Of a stretch of DNA of 58,372 nucleotides, positions 9,700-19,326 are shown one piece after another. The DNA comes from Candidatus Micrarchaeota archaeon (GTDB lineage Archaea; Micrarchaeota; Micrarchaeia; Micrarchaeales; Micrarchaeaceae), in the NCBI GenBank assembly GCA_021806095.1, contig JAJZYD010000001.1, positions 1-58,372 of the forward strand. Direction: 5' to 3'. Position numbers and translations under genes: made by a program. The notes under the pieces are model-generated. The model did no database searches and was not told the DNA's origin. It worked only from the letters and a program-made list of their open reading frames with translations. How positions within the stretch are numbered: the stretch's first letter is position 1; the number at the start of each line of letters is the position of its first letter.

Positions 9700-9759
9700 T
9701 TCAACATTTTATATAATAAAAAATCACAATTAAAAATACAATGGATATGGTGTTAATTT

Positions 9760-10164
9760 ATGGCAGAGAGATTGATCACGTTAAATATTAGAAAATATCT
9801 TGTCAAGCAGCCAAGGACAAAACGCGCAAGGAAAGCAATTAGATATATAAGAGAAAGAATCGCACATTATACAAAGATAGATGTTGAAAATGTTAAGATT
9901 GGATATGATGTAAATAATATGGTATTCAAGCATTATGCAAAATACATGACTCCTATAAAGCTCAAAGTAAATATTGGAACCGATACTGCTGATGTGCTTA
10001 TGTATAAAGAGGCATCAGAAGAATCATCAAAAAATGAAAGCAAAGACAAAAAGAAAGAGAAAAAAGATAAAGTTGCAAATACAAAACAGCAAGAAAAAAC
10101 AAAATCAGAAAATATAGCAAAAGAAAACAACACCAATAAAAAAGAAGATAAAAAGAAAGCTTAA
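9760..10164 (+). CDS. rpl31e: 50S ribosomal protein L31e with a Lys-rich C-terminal extension
   Basis: The N-terminal ~85 aa match eL31 (ITLNIRKYLVKQPRTKRARKAIRYIRERIAHY). The last ~50 aa are a K/E/N-rich low-complexity tail. Confidence 0.88.
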   Translation: MAERLITLNIRKYLVKQPRTKRARKAIRYIRERIAHYTKIDVENVKIGYDVNNMVFKHYAKYMTPIKLKVNIGTDTADVLMYKEASEESSKNESKDKKKEKKDKVANTKQQEKTKSENIAKENNTNKKEDKKKA

Positions 10165-10214
10165 TATTATTCCTTTTTCTTTAGGTTTTTAATTTTAGTT
10201 TTAATTTCTCAATA

Positions 10215-11168
10215 TTATGACACTGGAACATTCAATATGTGTTTTCCTACATACCCTATAAATATTGTAAGTGCATCTATGCTTAATGATATAAACAATG
10301 ACTTGAATATAACTTTTGATATTTTTTTATTGCTTACAATTGCTATTATTGATGATATAATAATAATGACCAAAGTTGTAACAGATAATGCAAGTACAAT
10401 TCCATAAAATCCTGAGAATCCAAAAATAAAAGGTGCAAGAGGAAATAATGATCCTATAAAATATGCAATTCCTACATTCAAAGCAGAGCTTTTAGCGCTC
10501 TTTTGGTTATGATATATATTTTTTTCATATTCTGTTGATATATATGCGCCTCCTCCCATCGAAAATGTTCCTGCCATGCTTACAATAAATCCACTAAGTA
10601 CAACAAACATAGGATTATTTACAACCATTGCAATTCCGGCAATAACTGCAAGTATTTCAACAAGCCCATCATTTAATCCAAATGCAATATCTCTTATATT
10701 ACTGAAAATGTTGTTGAAGCCAACAATTTCATCTTCTAATATTCTCTCTCTTTTAAGTTCATCACTTTCTATATATTTTGTGATTTTTAAATCTTCTTTT
10801 GAAAGTTTGTCGAGTTTAATTATTTTGTTAAGGTTATGTTCTATAACATTTTCATTATATTCAAGGATTTTTATCATTAGTGCAATTCCAAGAAATTTTC
10901 TTGTAATAAGCATAAAACGTTCTGTTGTTTTAAACCTTAATTTTGGGGGTTTTATGTTATTTAGTTTTAGAGCCTCCTCCCATAACCGCATATGTTTTTC
11001 TTCTATTTTTGAGAGTTCAATCAAATCATGATATAAATTATTACTCTTCAATTTTTTTTCATTTGCAAGCGCTTTGTAAATATTTGAATGAAGTGCCTCC
11101 ATATTATAAAGTTCTTTAAAATATTTTATTTTTAATTTTTCATAATTTTTATTAATCAATGCATTCAT
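10215..11168 (-). CDS. Ferritin-like/VIT1 (CCC1) family iron-manganese transporter (MbfA-type)
   Basis: N-terminal erythrin/ferritin-like helices (EEKHMRLWEEAL) are fused to a VIT1 membrane domain (GLNDGLVEILAVIAGIA, several TM helices). Confidence 0.75.
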   Translation of the reverse strand: MNALINKNYEKLKIKYFKELYNMEALHSNIYKALANEKKLKSNNLYHDLIELSKIEEKHMRLWEEALKLNNIKPPKLRFKTTERFMLITRKFLGIALMIKILEYNENVIEHNLNKIIKLDKLSKEDLKITKYIESDELKRERILEDEIVGFNNIFSNIRDIAFGLNDGLVEILAVIAGIAMVVNNPMFVVLSGFIVSMAGTFSMGGGAYISTEYEKNIYHNQKSAKSSALNVGIAYFIGSLFPLAPFIFGFSGFYGIVLALSVTTLVIIIISSIIAIVSNKKISKVIFKSLFISLSIDALTIFIGYVGKHILNVPVS

Positions 11169-11250
11169 ACAATCACATAATAAAAATATTAGTTAAATAG
11201 TTCACTATAGAAAGTAATAAAAAGAGTTATAACCAATTCTTATAGATAAT

Positions 11251-13884
11251 ATGAAGACAAATATTAACAGGACACTATTATATTATATGCTACTATTAAC
11301 TCTAATATTTATTATATCCAGTTATATTTATTTTTCTAATGTTGCTTTTGCATCTAATTTAACATCAAATAATATAACAGTATCACAATCAAACAATATA
11401 TCTTCAAGCAATACCTATAATATTATAACAACCTTTATTGAAATAGGCTTACCATCAAACACATTTTGGAGTGCTACCTACAATAATATTACTCAAAATA
11501 CAAATACATCAAACAATGTTTTTTTATCACCACAAGGAAATTATATATTTGAAATATCAAATGTAATTATAGGCAATGTTGTGTATGCGCCAATCCCATC
11601 AAGCGGTAGTTTTATTGCTGGAAATATTATTAAAATAAATTTTACTTCCACGCTTAGATCAACTATTGTACCAAGCACAAAATCTGCTACAACAACATCT
11701 GCATTTCCTTTTAATGCTACTGCATCTTTAATAAGTAGTCATATACAATTAGTTAGATTAATCAACAATAAAATTACAAGTATTTATCAAAATTCAAAAT
11801 TTAATAAAAATAATACAGTTAATTTTATTGAAGCAATGAAAATTGATAATGAAACTGTTAATCTACGAGCTACAGTACCTCTTATTCAAAATATTTTTAA
11901 AAGCCAGAATTCTAAAAATATAACTGAAGAAATAGCCCAGATAGCGTTTATTACAAACAAAAGTTATAATACAAGCAATATAAATTTCTTTAATTTATCT
12001 CTTTATTCTTCATTCTCAAAAGGTAAATTAATTTCATACACACAATTTGTACCTGCAAACATAAAAGTTCCAATTGTTATAAATGCAAATACAAATACAA
12101 CATTAAGCTTAATTGATGTAAAGATACGCAATAACGAAAATAATGTTTCAACTGCTATTTCGTTTATAAATAATAGTGCACAATTAATTAAGTCATTCAA
12201 TAAACCTTTTTTAACCGCTTTTATTATAAATAGTACATTGAAGGATTCAAATGTTACTGAAGCTTCATATAATTTTTCAGTTCCAAAGACATGGATTGCT
12301 AATTTAAATATAAATCCAGATCAGATTGTATTATACAAATATATAAATTATACTAATTCTTGGGTTCCTCTACCAACCTATATTATTAACAATAACTCAT
12401 CTGATTATTATTATATAGCAATTTCAAATTCACTTTCAACTTATCTTGTTTCATTTAACACAAATGCTGTAACAACAGGTACAGCCGGTGCCAGTTCAGC
12501 ATCTATAACATTACCCAGTGGCTATAGACTTTATCTCTGCGGAGCTGGTGCTAACTATACTTTTGCAACATCAGGAACTGCATTTACATGGACACAAGAT
12601 GTTGGTGCACCATCAGGAGCACCTATAAATAACGGAGAAAATGCATCTATAGGTCATCAGAGCAGTAATATATGTACTGCTTATACAACAGGAGCAACCG
12701 ATCCAGGTTTAGCTCTTGCCGGAATTGGAATTAATCAAATATATTATACTTTATATAGTAATGCAACGGCCAAATCACATAAATCAAGTTTGAGTTATAC
12801 CGTAAGCACAAGTAATTCTTTTGTTGTTATATTAGCCGATGCAGGATATTATAACTTTACTGCAGTAACACCTTCGTCTAGTACTTGTGTAAAACAACAA
12901 TTTGTAAACAATTCAGATAGTGATGAATCTGCATATGTAGCAACGTGCCAGAATCAAGCAAGTGGATCATATACTGTAGCTGCCACAACTGCTAAGGTTC
13001 CTGACAAAGGATCTTCTGTAATAGCTGCTTATGTATTTTCTCCTTTTAATTTAATACTTGATGACAATATACCTAATGGTGAAATAACAACAGATGGTGC
13101 AACCTATTCAACAGGAAGCACTATTCAGGTTATAGGTACAAATACCGTTCAAGCTGTAGCCCCGTCAAACTTCATATTTACTGGCTGGACTGTTAGCAAT
13201 ACATTGAATTTGAGTCTTTCAAGTACAACTGCAAATCCATCAACATTAACAGTAATGGGTAATGGCATACTTACTGCAAATTATAATGGTATAAGTAATT
13301 TCATTGAGAGCGGGCTCCCTAGCGGCTCAACATGGAATGTGGTTTATGATGGAATTCTTAGTTCATCTACAACTAATACAATAACATTCTCCACTCTTCC
13401 TGGAAATTATCCTTTCACAATTGCAAATCAAGTAATTAGTGGGACTACATATATTCCAAGCCCTTCAAGCGGCTATCTTGTTGCAGGCAATACAACATCT
13501 ATAACTTTTCCTCTCTCTTGTTATATAACATTAACTCCAAATACAATAAACTTCGGCAATGTAAATCCTAATACTAATATTGCCACAATTAATTCTGTTG
13601 TTGATAGTAATAGCGGCAATGCTAATGCAAATATGCTGGTATATGGAGGAAACTGGCTTGTTTCATCAACACTTGCCAATGGCTTTGGAGTTAGCAATAC
13701 TTCTTACGCATCTACAAGCGGCGTTCCATATTCATCTGCAAATAAGTTAAGCAAAACTGCAACATCTACTCTTTTGACAGTTCCTGCCTCAGGATCAAAT
13801 ACAATATATTTTGGACTCAATATACCTCCAGGTGTTGCTGCAAATTCATATACGCAAACAATAACAATCGAAAATAGTTGTTGA
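11251..13884 (+). CDS. Large secreted Asn/Ser/Thr-rich surface (S-layer-like) glycoprotein candidate
   Basis: N-terminal signal/TM (LLYYMLLLTLIFIISSYIYF). 877 aa, dense in N-x-S/T sequons. Two copies of a ~70-aa GLPS..W module (nt ~11434-11646 and ~13299-13512) like the repeats found in thermopsin-associated proteins. Confidence 0.6.
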   Translation: MKTNINRTLLYYMLLLTLIFIISSYIYFSNVAFASNLTSNNITVSQSNNISSSNTYNIITTFIEIGLPSNTFWSATYNNITQNTNTSNNVFLSPQGNYIFEISNVIIGNVVYAPIPSSGSFIAGNIIKINFTSTLRSTIVPSTKSATTTSAFPFNATASLISSHIQLVRLINNKITSIYQNSKFNKNNTVNFIEAMKIDNETVNLRATVPLIQNIFKSQNSKNITEEIAQIAFITNKSYNTSNINFFNLSLYSSFSKGKLISYTQFVPANIKVPIVINANTNTTLSLIDVKIRNNENNVSTAISFINNSAQLIKSFNKPFLTAFIINSTLKDSNVTEASYNFSVPKTWIANLNINPDQIVLYKYINYTNSWVPLPTYIINNNSSDYYYIAISNSLSTYLVSFNTNAVTTGTAGASSASITLPSGYRLYLCGAGANYTFATSGTAFTWTQDVGAPSGAPINNGENASIGHQSSNICTAYTTGATDPGLALAGIGINQIYYTLYSNATAKSHKSSLSYTVSTSNSFVVILADAGYYNFTAVTPSSSTCVKQQFVNNSDSDESAYVATCQNQASGSYTVAATTAKVPDKGSSVIAAYVFSPFNLILDDNIPNGEITTDGATYSTGSTIQVIGTNTVQAVAPSNFIFTGWTVSNTLNLSLSSTTANPSTLTVMGNGILTANYNGISNFIESGLPSGSTWNVVYDGILSSSTTNTITFSTLPGNYPFTIANQVISGTTYIPSPSSGYLVAGNTTSITFPLSCYITLTPNTINFGNVNPNTNIATINSVVDSNSGNANANMLVYGGNWLVSSTLANGFGVSNTSYASTSGVPYSSANKLSKTATSTLLTVPASGSNTIYFGLNIPPGVAANSYTQTITIENSC

Positions 13885-14224
13885 TTATTTATAAATGTGG
13901 GTATAAAACTTACTCCTTTCATAAGCGGAATATGAGCCCACTACAACACATATAAATTTGATTCCTGTCGTATCTGTTGAAAGTGCTTTTAAATATTGTT
14001 TATCATCTAATTATCAATATATTATAATAAATTTACAAAAATTGCAGCTAAGACAAAAAATCTATTGATAAAATAAAAGTAAAGACAAAAAGAAAGATAA
14101 TTAAAATCCAAATTTGAATGGTGGAATAGTGTGTATAAAATAACACAGCTTTATTTATATTCTTTTTTAATATATTAAATATATTTTTACTAAATTATAT
14201 TTAGAAAAAAGCAAAGGTGTAAAA

Positions 14225-15247
14225 ATGAATTTTAAGGAATTAATAGAATTATACAAGCCAAAGATTTATTCAAAGATCTGTGAATATGTTCCAATAAAAG
14301 AACCAGAAGGGCACTATAAAATTGCAAGGGACTATATTGATAGGCAAGGTAAGTATGCAAGGCCTGGGCTGCTTATGCTTTCTGGAAGGCTCTTTGGTGC
14401 CAGTGAAGATGAATTAATACTGCCTGCAGCAGCACAGCAGCTTTCTGAAGACTGGATATTGATGCAGGATGATTTGGAAGATGATTCTGAATTGAGAAGA
14501 GGCAAGCCCAGTGCACATAAAATTTATGGTATTGTTCATACGCTCAATGCAAGCAATATTGGAAATATGGCAGTATGGAAAATGCTCAAAGATTATATGC
14601 TAAAATACGGCAGCGAAAAAGGAAATAAATTATATAATAAATTTTATGATATGATAGAATATACAATAGAGGGCCAATATATAGAGAATGAATTTATTCA
14701 TTATACAAAAAATCTTAATGCCGCTTCAGATGAGCTTTATTATAGAATTGCTGCCAGTAAAACTTGCTATTATTCAGTATACGGGCCTCTACAATTAGGT
14801 GCAATCGTCGCAGATCAGCCAGATTCCACACTTGAAATTTTTAAGAATATAGGGAAAAATGCAGGGATAGCTTTTCAAATTGCTGATGATATATTAGATA
14901 TGACCGCTGATGAAAAATTATTCGGCAAAAAAAATTTTGGAGATTTATATGAAGGTAAGGTTACATTAATAATTACTTATACTTATCAAAATGCAACAAA
15001 AGAAGAGAAAGAAAAAATAAACCAGATATATAAGAAAAAAAGGGCAGAAAAAACGGAAGATGAAATAAGGTTTTTAAGAGATATGATAGAAAAATATAAA
15101 GGCATTGAATATGCAAGATCTGTTGCAAATAAATATGGGAATATGGCAACAGAAGCAATCAATGAAAATATAGACAAGCTTCCTCAAAATGAATATACAT
15201 CTATATTTAGTTCCGCTATTAAAGATTTATATATAAGAAATAAGTAA
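14225..15247 (+). CDS. idsA: Polyprenyl (geranylgeranyl) diphosphate synthase
   Basis: First and second Asp-rich motifs (LMQDDLEDD and FQIADDILD). Length and helical pattern match trans-isoprenyl diphosphate synthases. Confidence 0.88.
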   Translation: MNFKELIELYKPKIYSKICEYVPIKEPEGHYKIARDYIDRQGKYARPGLLMLSGRLFGASEDELILPAAAQQLSEDWILMQDDLEDDSELRRGKPSAHKIYGIVHTLNASNIGNMAVWKMLKDYMLKYGSEKGNKLYNKFYDMIEYTIEGQYIENEFIHYTKNLNAASDELYYRIAASKTCYYSVYGPLQLGAIVADQPDSTLEIFKNIGKNAGIAFQIADDILDMTADEKLFGKKNFGDLYEGKVTLIITYTYQNATKEEKEKINQIYKKKRAEKTEDEIRFLRDMIEKYKGIEYARSVANKYGNMATEAINENIDKLPQNEYTSIFSSAIKDLYIRNK

Positions 15248-15311
15248 AAATAATAAAAAAAGTATTGTGTTAAAATTTCCTTTTTTTGTTTTGATTATAT
15301 TTTATTCATCA

Positions 15312-16361
15312 TTATATTTCTTCCAATCCTAATCCCTGTTTTTTACTATTGTTTTCGTTTGTTCCTCCAAGAATATTTGCGCTTTTTATACCAGTGAAGA
15401 TTGCAATGACTGAAACCTTGCTATTGTATGTTGGTTCAACTCTCGCTCCCCATATAACATTTGCATCTGGAACTGTTAGTTCAGTAAGCTTTTTTCCAAT
15501 TTCATTTGCATCTCCAAGCGTAAGATCATTTCCTCCTGTTATATGTATGAGCACTGAATTAGCACCACTATAATCAACATCAAGCAACTTATTTTTAAAT
15601 GTGTCCCTCACTGCTTCTTCGACTTTGTTTGGTCCTGAGCCTTCTCCAATGCTGATAAAAGCCAAACCACCACCATTCATTATACTCTTGATATCTGCAA
15701 AATCCACATTTATCAAGCTTGGTGTATTTATTGCTTCTGTAATGCCCCGCACTGCTTTTGCAGTTACTTCATCTGCAATTTTAAATGCCTGATCTATTGC
15801 GAGATTTGGATAAAGTGAAAAGAGTCTTTGATTATCAATAATAATTAAAGTATCAACATGTTTTCTTAATTCTTCAATTCCTTTTCTTGCAACTTCTAAT
15901 CTTACTCTTTCCAATGCAAATGGAAATGTTACTATACCTATAACTATTGCCCCTCGTGATTTAGCAATATCTGCGACGATTGGAGCCGCGCCTGTTCCTG
16001 TGCCTCCACCCATACCTGCTGTTACAAATACCATATTATAATCCCGCAAAGAATCTTCAATAGTCTGCTTTGAATAAACTGCTGCTTTCTCACCAATATC
16101 TGGAAAGCCTCCAGCACCCATTCCGTTTGTTAAGACTCCACCTATCAATATTCTTTTTATACTTTGATCCATCATCTTAAGATGTTTTGCGTCAGTATTA
16201 ACTGCTATTAATGTAGCACCTCTTATTCCCATTCTAGCTATTCTTAAAATAGAATTGCTTCCTCCTCCACCACACCCAACAACAGCTATTTTTGTTTGAA
16301 AATATTCTTCATTTATATTATCATTAGTTCTATCTTTAATTTCAGAATCAAAAAAATTCAT
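15312..16361 (-). CDS. ftsZ: Cell division protein FtsZ
   Basis: Tubulin signature GGGTGTGAAPIVA, plus N-terminal GCGGGGSN and NTDAKHL blocks. Confidence 0.95.
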   Translation of the reverse strand: MNFFDSEIKDRTNDNINEEYFQTKIAVVGCGGGGSNSILRIARMGIRGATLIAVNTDAKHLKMMDQSIKRILIGGVLTNGMGAGGFPDIGEKAAVYSKQTIEDSLRDYNMVFVTAGMGGGTGTGAAPIVADIAKSRGAIVIGIVTFPFALERVRLEVARKGIEELRKHVDTLIIIDNQRLFSLYPNLAIDQAFKIADEVTAKAVRGITEAINTPSLINVDFADIKSIMNGGGLAFISIGEGSGPNKVEEAVRDTFKNKLLDVDYSGANSVLIHITGGNDLTLGDANEIGKKLTELTVPDANVIWGARVEPTYNSKVSVIAIFTGIKSANILGGTNENNSKKQGLGLEEI

Positions 16362-16574
16362 ATCAACACCATTTACATTTTCTTTTATGTTATATTATAA
16401 TACTTCTAATTAACTATCTGTAGATAAGTTTTTATAGTTTTTTGAATTAATATTATATCTAAATATAAGAAGCAGTTATTTATTTCAGTTTTATTTTATA
16501 TAATTCAGAAATAAAAAGATATATAAATTACAAATTAAAATTATAATACTATATATTGTATTTAAGTGATAGAT

Positions 16575-17093
16575 ATGGCAAGATTAAGACCTGCAAGAAC
16601 ATGCAGAAAAGCAAATTCACAGAGTTGGGCAAGATACTCTCAGAAGAAGCCAAGAAAAAATTATATAAGAGCGTTGCCTCACACAAGCATTCAGATTTTT
16701 GATATGGGAAAAGACAAGACAGAATATAATGTTAAAGTTTATTTGACGACCAACGAACCAATACAACTTAGATCAAATGCGCTTGAAGCCGCAAGGACTG
16801 TAGCTCACAAATTTCTTGATTCAATAATTCCTGAAAGCTATTACATGAAGCTTCTTGTTTATCCCCATAATGTGATAAGAGAGCACAAGATGGCCAGCGG
16901 TGCAGGGGCAGATAGAGTTTCAAGGGGTATGAGCCTTGCTTTTGGTAAGCCCATATCAGTTGCCGCAAGATTGAAGTCAAAACAGCACGTATTTATGATA
17001 AAGACAAGCTCTGCTAATAAGCAAATTGCAGTCGATGCAATGAAGAAGGCATTAGCAAAGCTGTCAGGAACATACTATATAAGCAATGAATAA
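16575..17093 (+). CDS. rpl10e: 50S ribosomal protein L10e (uL16)
   Basis: MARLRPARTCRK... is the typical archaeal L10e N-terminus. The ORF track starts 9 nt earlier at GTG 16566. MASGAGADR loop conserved. Confidence 0.92.
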   Translation: MARLRPARTCRKANSQSWARYSQKKPRKNYIRALPHTSIQIFDMGKDKTEYNVKVYLTTNEPIQLRSNALEAARTVAHKFLDSIIPESYYMKLLVYPHNVIREHKMASGAGADRVSRGMSLAFGKPISVAARLKSKQHVFMIKTSSANKQIAVDAMKKALAKLSGTYYISNE

Positions 17094-18087
17094 TGTAGTG
17101 GCAAAATACAGTGGCAATAAACAAAATAAAAATAGTGCAGATATGCGTATATTACTACAATTTCCAGAAGGATTAAAGCAGAATGCGCTTGAATATGCAA
17201 AAGAGCTGGAGTCTAAGGGAGATGAAGTTTTTATATCCGCTTCTCCTTCCTTTGGTGCATGTGATTTAGCTATAAGCGAAGCAAGAAAGCTTAAAGTTGA
17301 TAAGCTCATTCATTTTGGTCATGCTGAATTTCATAAAGTAAACGAAGACTTTAAAATTGAATATGTTGAATACAAGATTGATGCACCTTTAGATATAATT
17401 AAAGAATTGATTCCTTTATTGGAACCATATAAAAAGATAGCAATTGTTACAACTGTTCAGCATATTCACCAGCTTCCATCAATAAAAGAAAAACTTGAGA
17501 AAGCAGGTAAAAAAGTAATAATCGGCAAACCTTTCGGATTTGCAAAATATGATGGTCAGATATTGGGATGTGATGTTGGAAGTGCGGCCAGAGTCGATAA
17601 TATTGTTGATGCGCATATTTATTTTGGTGGCGGGGTATTTCATCCGCTTGGTGCTGTGCTTAATACAAATAAACCTTTCTTCGCTGTTGATCCTTTCTTA
17701 AATAAAATAGAAAAAATTGATAGATTAAGAGAAAAGTACGAAAAGAGGAGCAGAGGTAAAATTCTAAGTTCAGTAAATGCAAAGAATTTTGGGATTCTTG
17801 TAAGTATAAAAAATGGCCAATATAATATTGAATTGGCAAAGACTCTTAAGAAAAAGATTGAAAATTTAGGGCTTAATTTAAATGCAGAAATTCTTGTTTC
17901 TGATACTTTTGATTTTGTCTCTTTAGACAACATGGTGAAGTTTGATGTGTTTGTTAATACTGCCTGTCCAAGGCTTGCTATTGATGATATCAATAGAACA
18001 AGAGCACCGATTTTAAGTGCAAATGAACTTATAAAAGTACTTGAGCTCAAAGAAGGATTAAAGAAATCCGATGAAAGAAAATCTTAA
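17086..18087 (+). CDS. dph2: Diphthamide biosynthesis enzyme Dph2 (2-(3-amino-3-carboxypropyl)histidine synthase)
   Basis: About 330 aa with the Dph2 pattern (LQFPEGLK, GACD, HFGHA, three conserved Cys regions including GCD and TACPR). Overlaps the rpl10e stop by 8 nt. Confidence 0.85.
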   Translation: MNNVVAKYSGNKQNKNSADMRILLQFPEGLKQNALEYAKELESKGDEVFISASPSFGACDLAISEARKLKVDKLIHFGHAEFHKVNEDFKIEYVEYKIDAPLDIIKELIPLLEPYKKIAIVTTVQHIHQLPSIKEKLEKAGKKVIIGKPFGFAKYDGQILGCDVGSAARVDNIVDAHIYFGGGVFHPLGAVLNTNKPFFAVDPFLNKIEKIDRLREKYEKRSRGKILSSVNAKNFGILVSIKNGQYNIELAKTLKKKIENLGLNLNAEILVSDTFDFVSLDNMVKFDVFVNTACPRLAIDDINRTRAPILSANELIKVLELKEGLKKSDERKS

Positions 18088-18101
18088 TCTAAAAATTCAA
18101 A

Positions 18102-19154
18102 TTAAATGAGAATAAGTGCAGCCAACAATAAATTTATAACCGCTAAAGGCATAAGATACTTCCATCCTAATCTTAGCAGTTTATCAATTCTCATTCTAAC
18201 CGTTGTTGCTCTTATGATAATAATAAATAATGCGATAATTGATACTTTTGCGATGAACCATATAAATGCGGAAATAAATGTAGGACCAAGCCAACCACCA
18301 AAAAACAGAATTACTATTAATGCAGAACCGAGGAGCATTCTTGCATAATCAACAAGCAACATTAATCCATAGTAAGGCGCGCTTACATCTGTAAGCAATC
18401 CTGCAATGAGCTCACTATCAGCCTCCCTTAAATCAAAAGGTGGCCTTTCAAGCTCTCCAAGCATTGCAATAAAAAATACAAAGAAGCCAACAGGCAAGAT
18501 TACAATAAACCACATATTAGTTTGTGCATTGATAATATTCTGGAAGTTGTAACTGCCAGCAACAAGGATCACGCTTGCAACTACCAACAATATAGAAATT
18601 TCATAGCTTGCAAGCATCATAACAGATCTTTGCGCGCTTATTGAAGAAAATTTATTGCCGCTTGACCACCCTATTATAAATTCAATCAGCGGAACTAATG
18701 ATAAAAGAAAGAATACAATCAACACTGAAAAGCTTGTTGCAACTCCAACAAAGGTACTTGTAAAAGGAATAAATACAAGCGCAGTTATGAACAAAGTGAC
18801 AATAGCAACCATGCTAAGCTGAAATATTGGTTTGTCAGCGTTGCTTGGTATAATATGCTCCTTAGATATAAGCTTTATAAAGTCAGCAAGGTTTTGCAGT
18901 ATTCCGTATTTACCCAGGAAAGTTGGGCCATGGCGCGATTGAGCTTTTGCAATGAGCTTTCTTTCAAGCCAGCCAAAGATATAGCCAAATAATGAGATTA
19001 TTATAAACAAGGCAATAAAAAAAATGATAAGAGCAACGATTAACGAAATATATTCTAATATTAAAGATACTCCAAGCAAAGGTGCAAGTGCATTATAAAT
19101 TGAAGTATAATAAGAGCCAACAAATCCTGAACTTATATTAAGCATCAAATTCAC
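18102..19154 (-). CDS. nuoH: NuoH/ND1-family membrane subunit (complex I or Mbh/Ech-type hydrogenase subunit)
   Basis: ERKLIAKAQSRHGP...GILQNLADFIKLISKE and ELERPPFDLREADSELIAG are the two hallmark NuoH blocks. About 8 TM helices. Confidence 0.8.
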   Translation of the reverse strand: MNLMLNISSGFVGSYYTSIYNALAPLLGVSLILEYISLIVALIIFFIALFIIISLFGYIFGWLERKLIAKAQSRHGPTFLGKYGILQNLADFIKLISKEHIIPSNADKPIFQLSMVAIVTLFITALVFIPFTSTFVGVATSFSVLIVFFLLSLVPLIEFIIGWSSGNKFSSISAQRSVMMLASYEISILLVVASVILVAGSYNFQNIINAQTNMWFIVILPVGFFVFFIAMLGELERPPFDLREADSELIAGLLTDVSAPYYGLMLLVDYARMLLGSALIVILFFGGWLGPTFISAFIWFIAKVSIIALFIIIIRATTVRMRIDKLLRLGWKYLMPLAVINLLLAALILI

Positions 19155-19326
19155 TTTAAATATATAAATTATAATAATAAATCAATAAATATAAATTATA
19201 TTATATAAACATGCATTATATATCAAAGAACTTAGATGTTATAATAAATTATAACAAAAGTATAATTATATAAATTGAAAGAATGTATAATATTTATTTT
19301 AAATATTTGAAATATAGGGAAGTAAT

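Noticed and set aside
10576-11031. 151-aa plus-strand ORF, and similar shadow ORFs at 1034-1387, 17640-18050, 23060-23440, 32205-32654, 49884-50243, 55010-55357 and others in the track
   Set aside because: Each is antisense to a gene with strong family signatures (VIT1, AbiEii, Dph2, PCNA, FlaI-like ATPase, RadA, Brix-like). Their low-complexity Ser/Ile/Leu/Phe composition is typical of shadow frames in AT-rich DNA.
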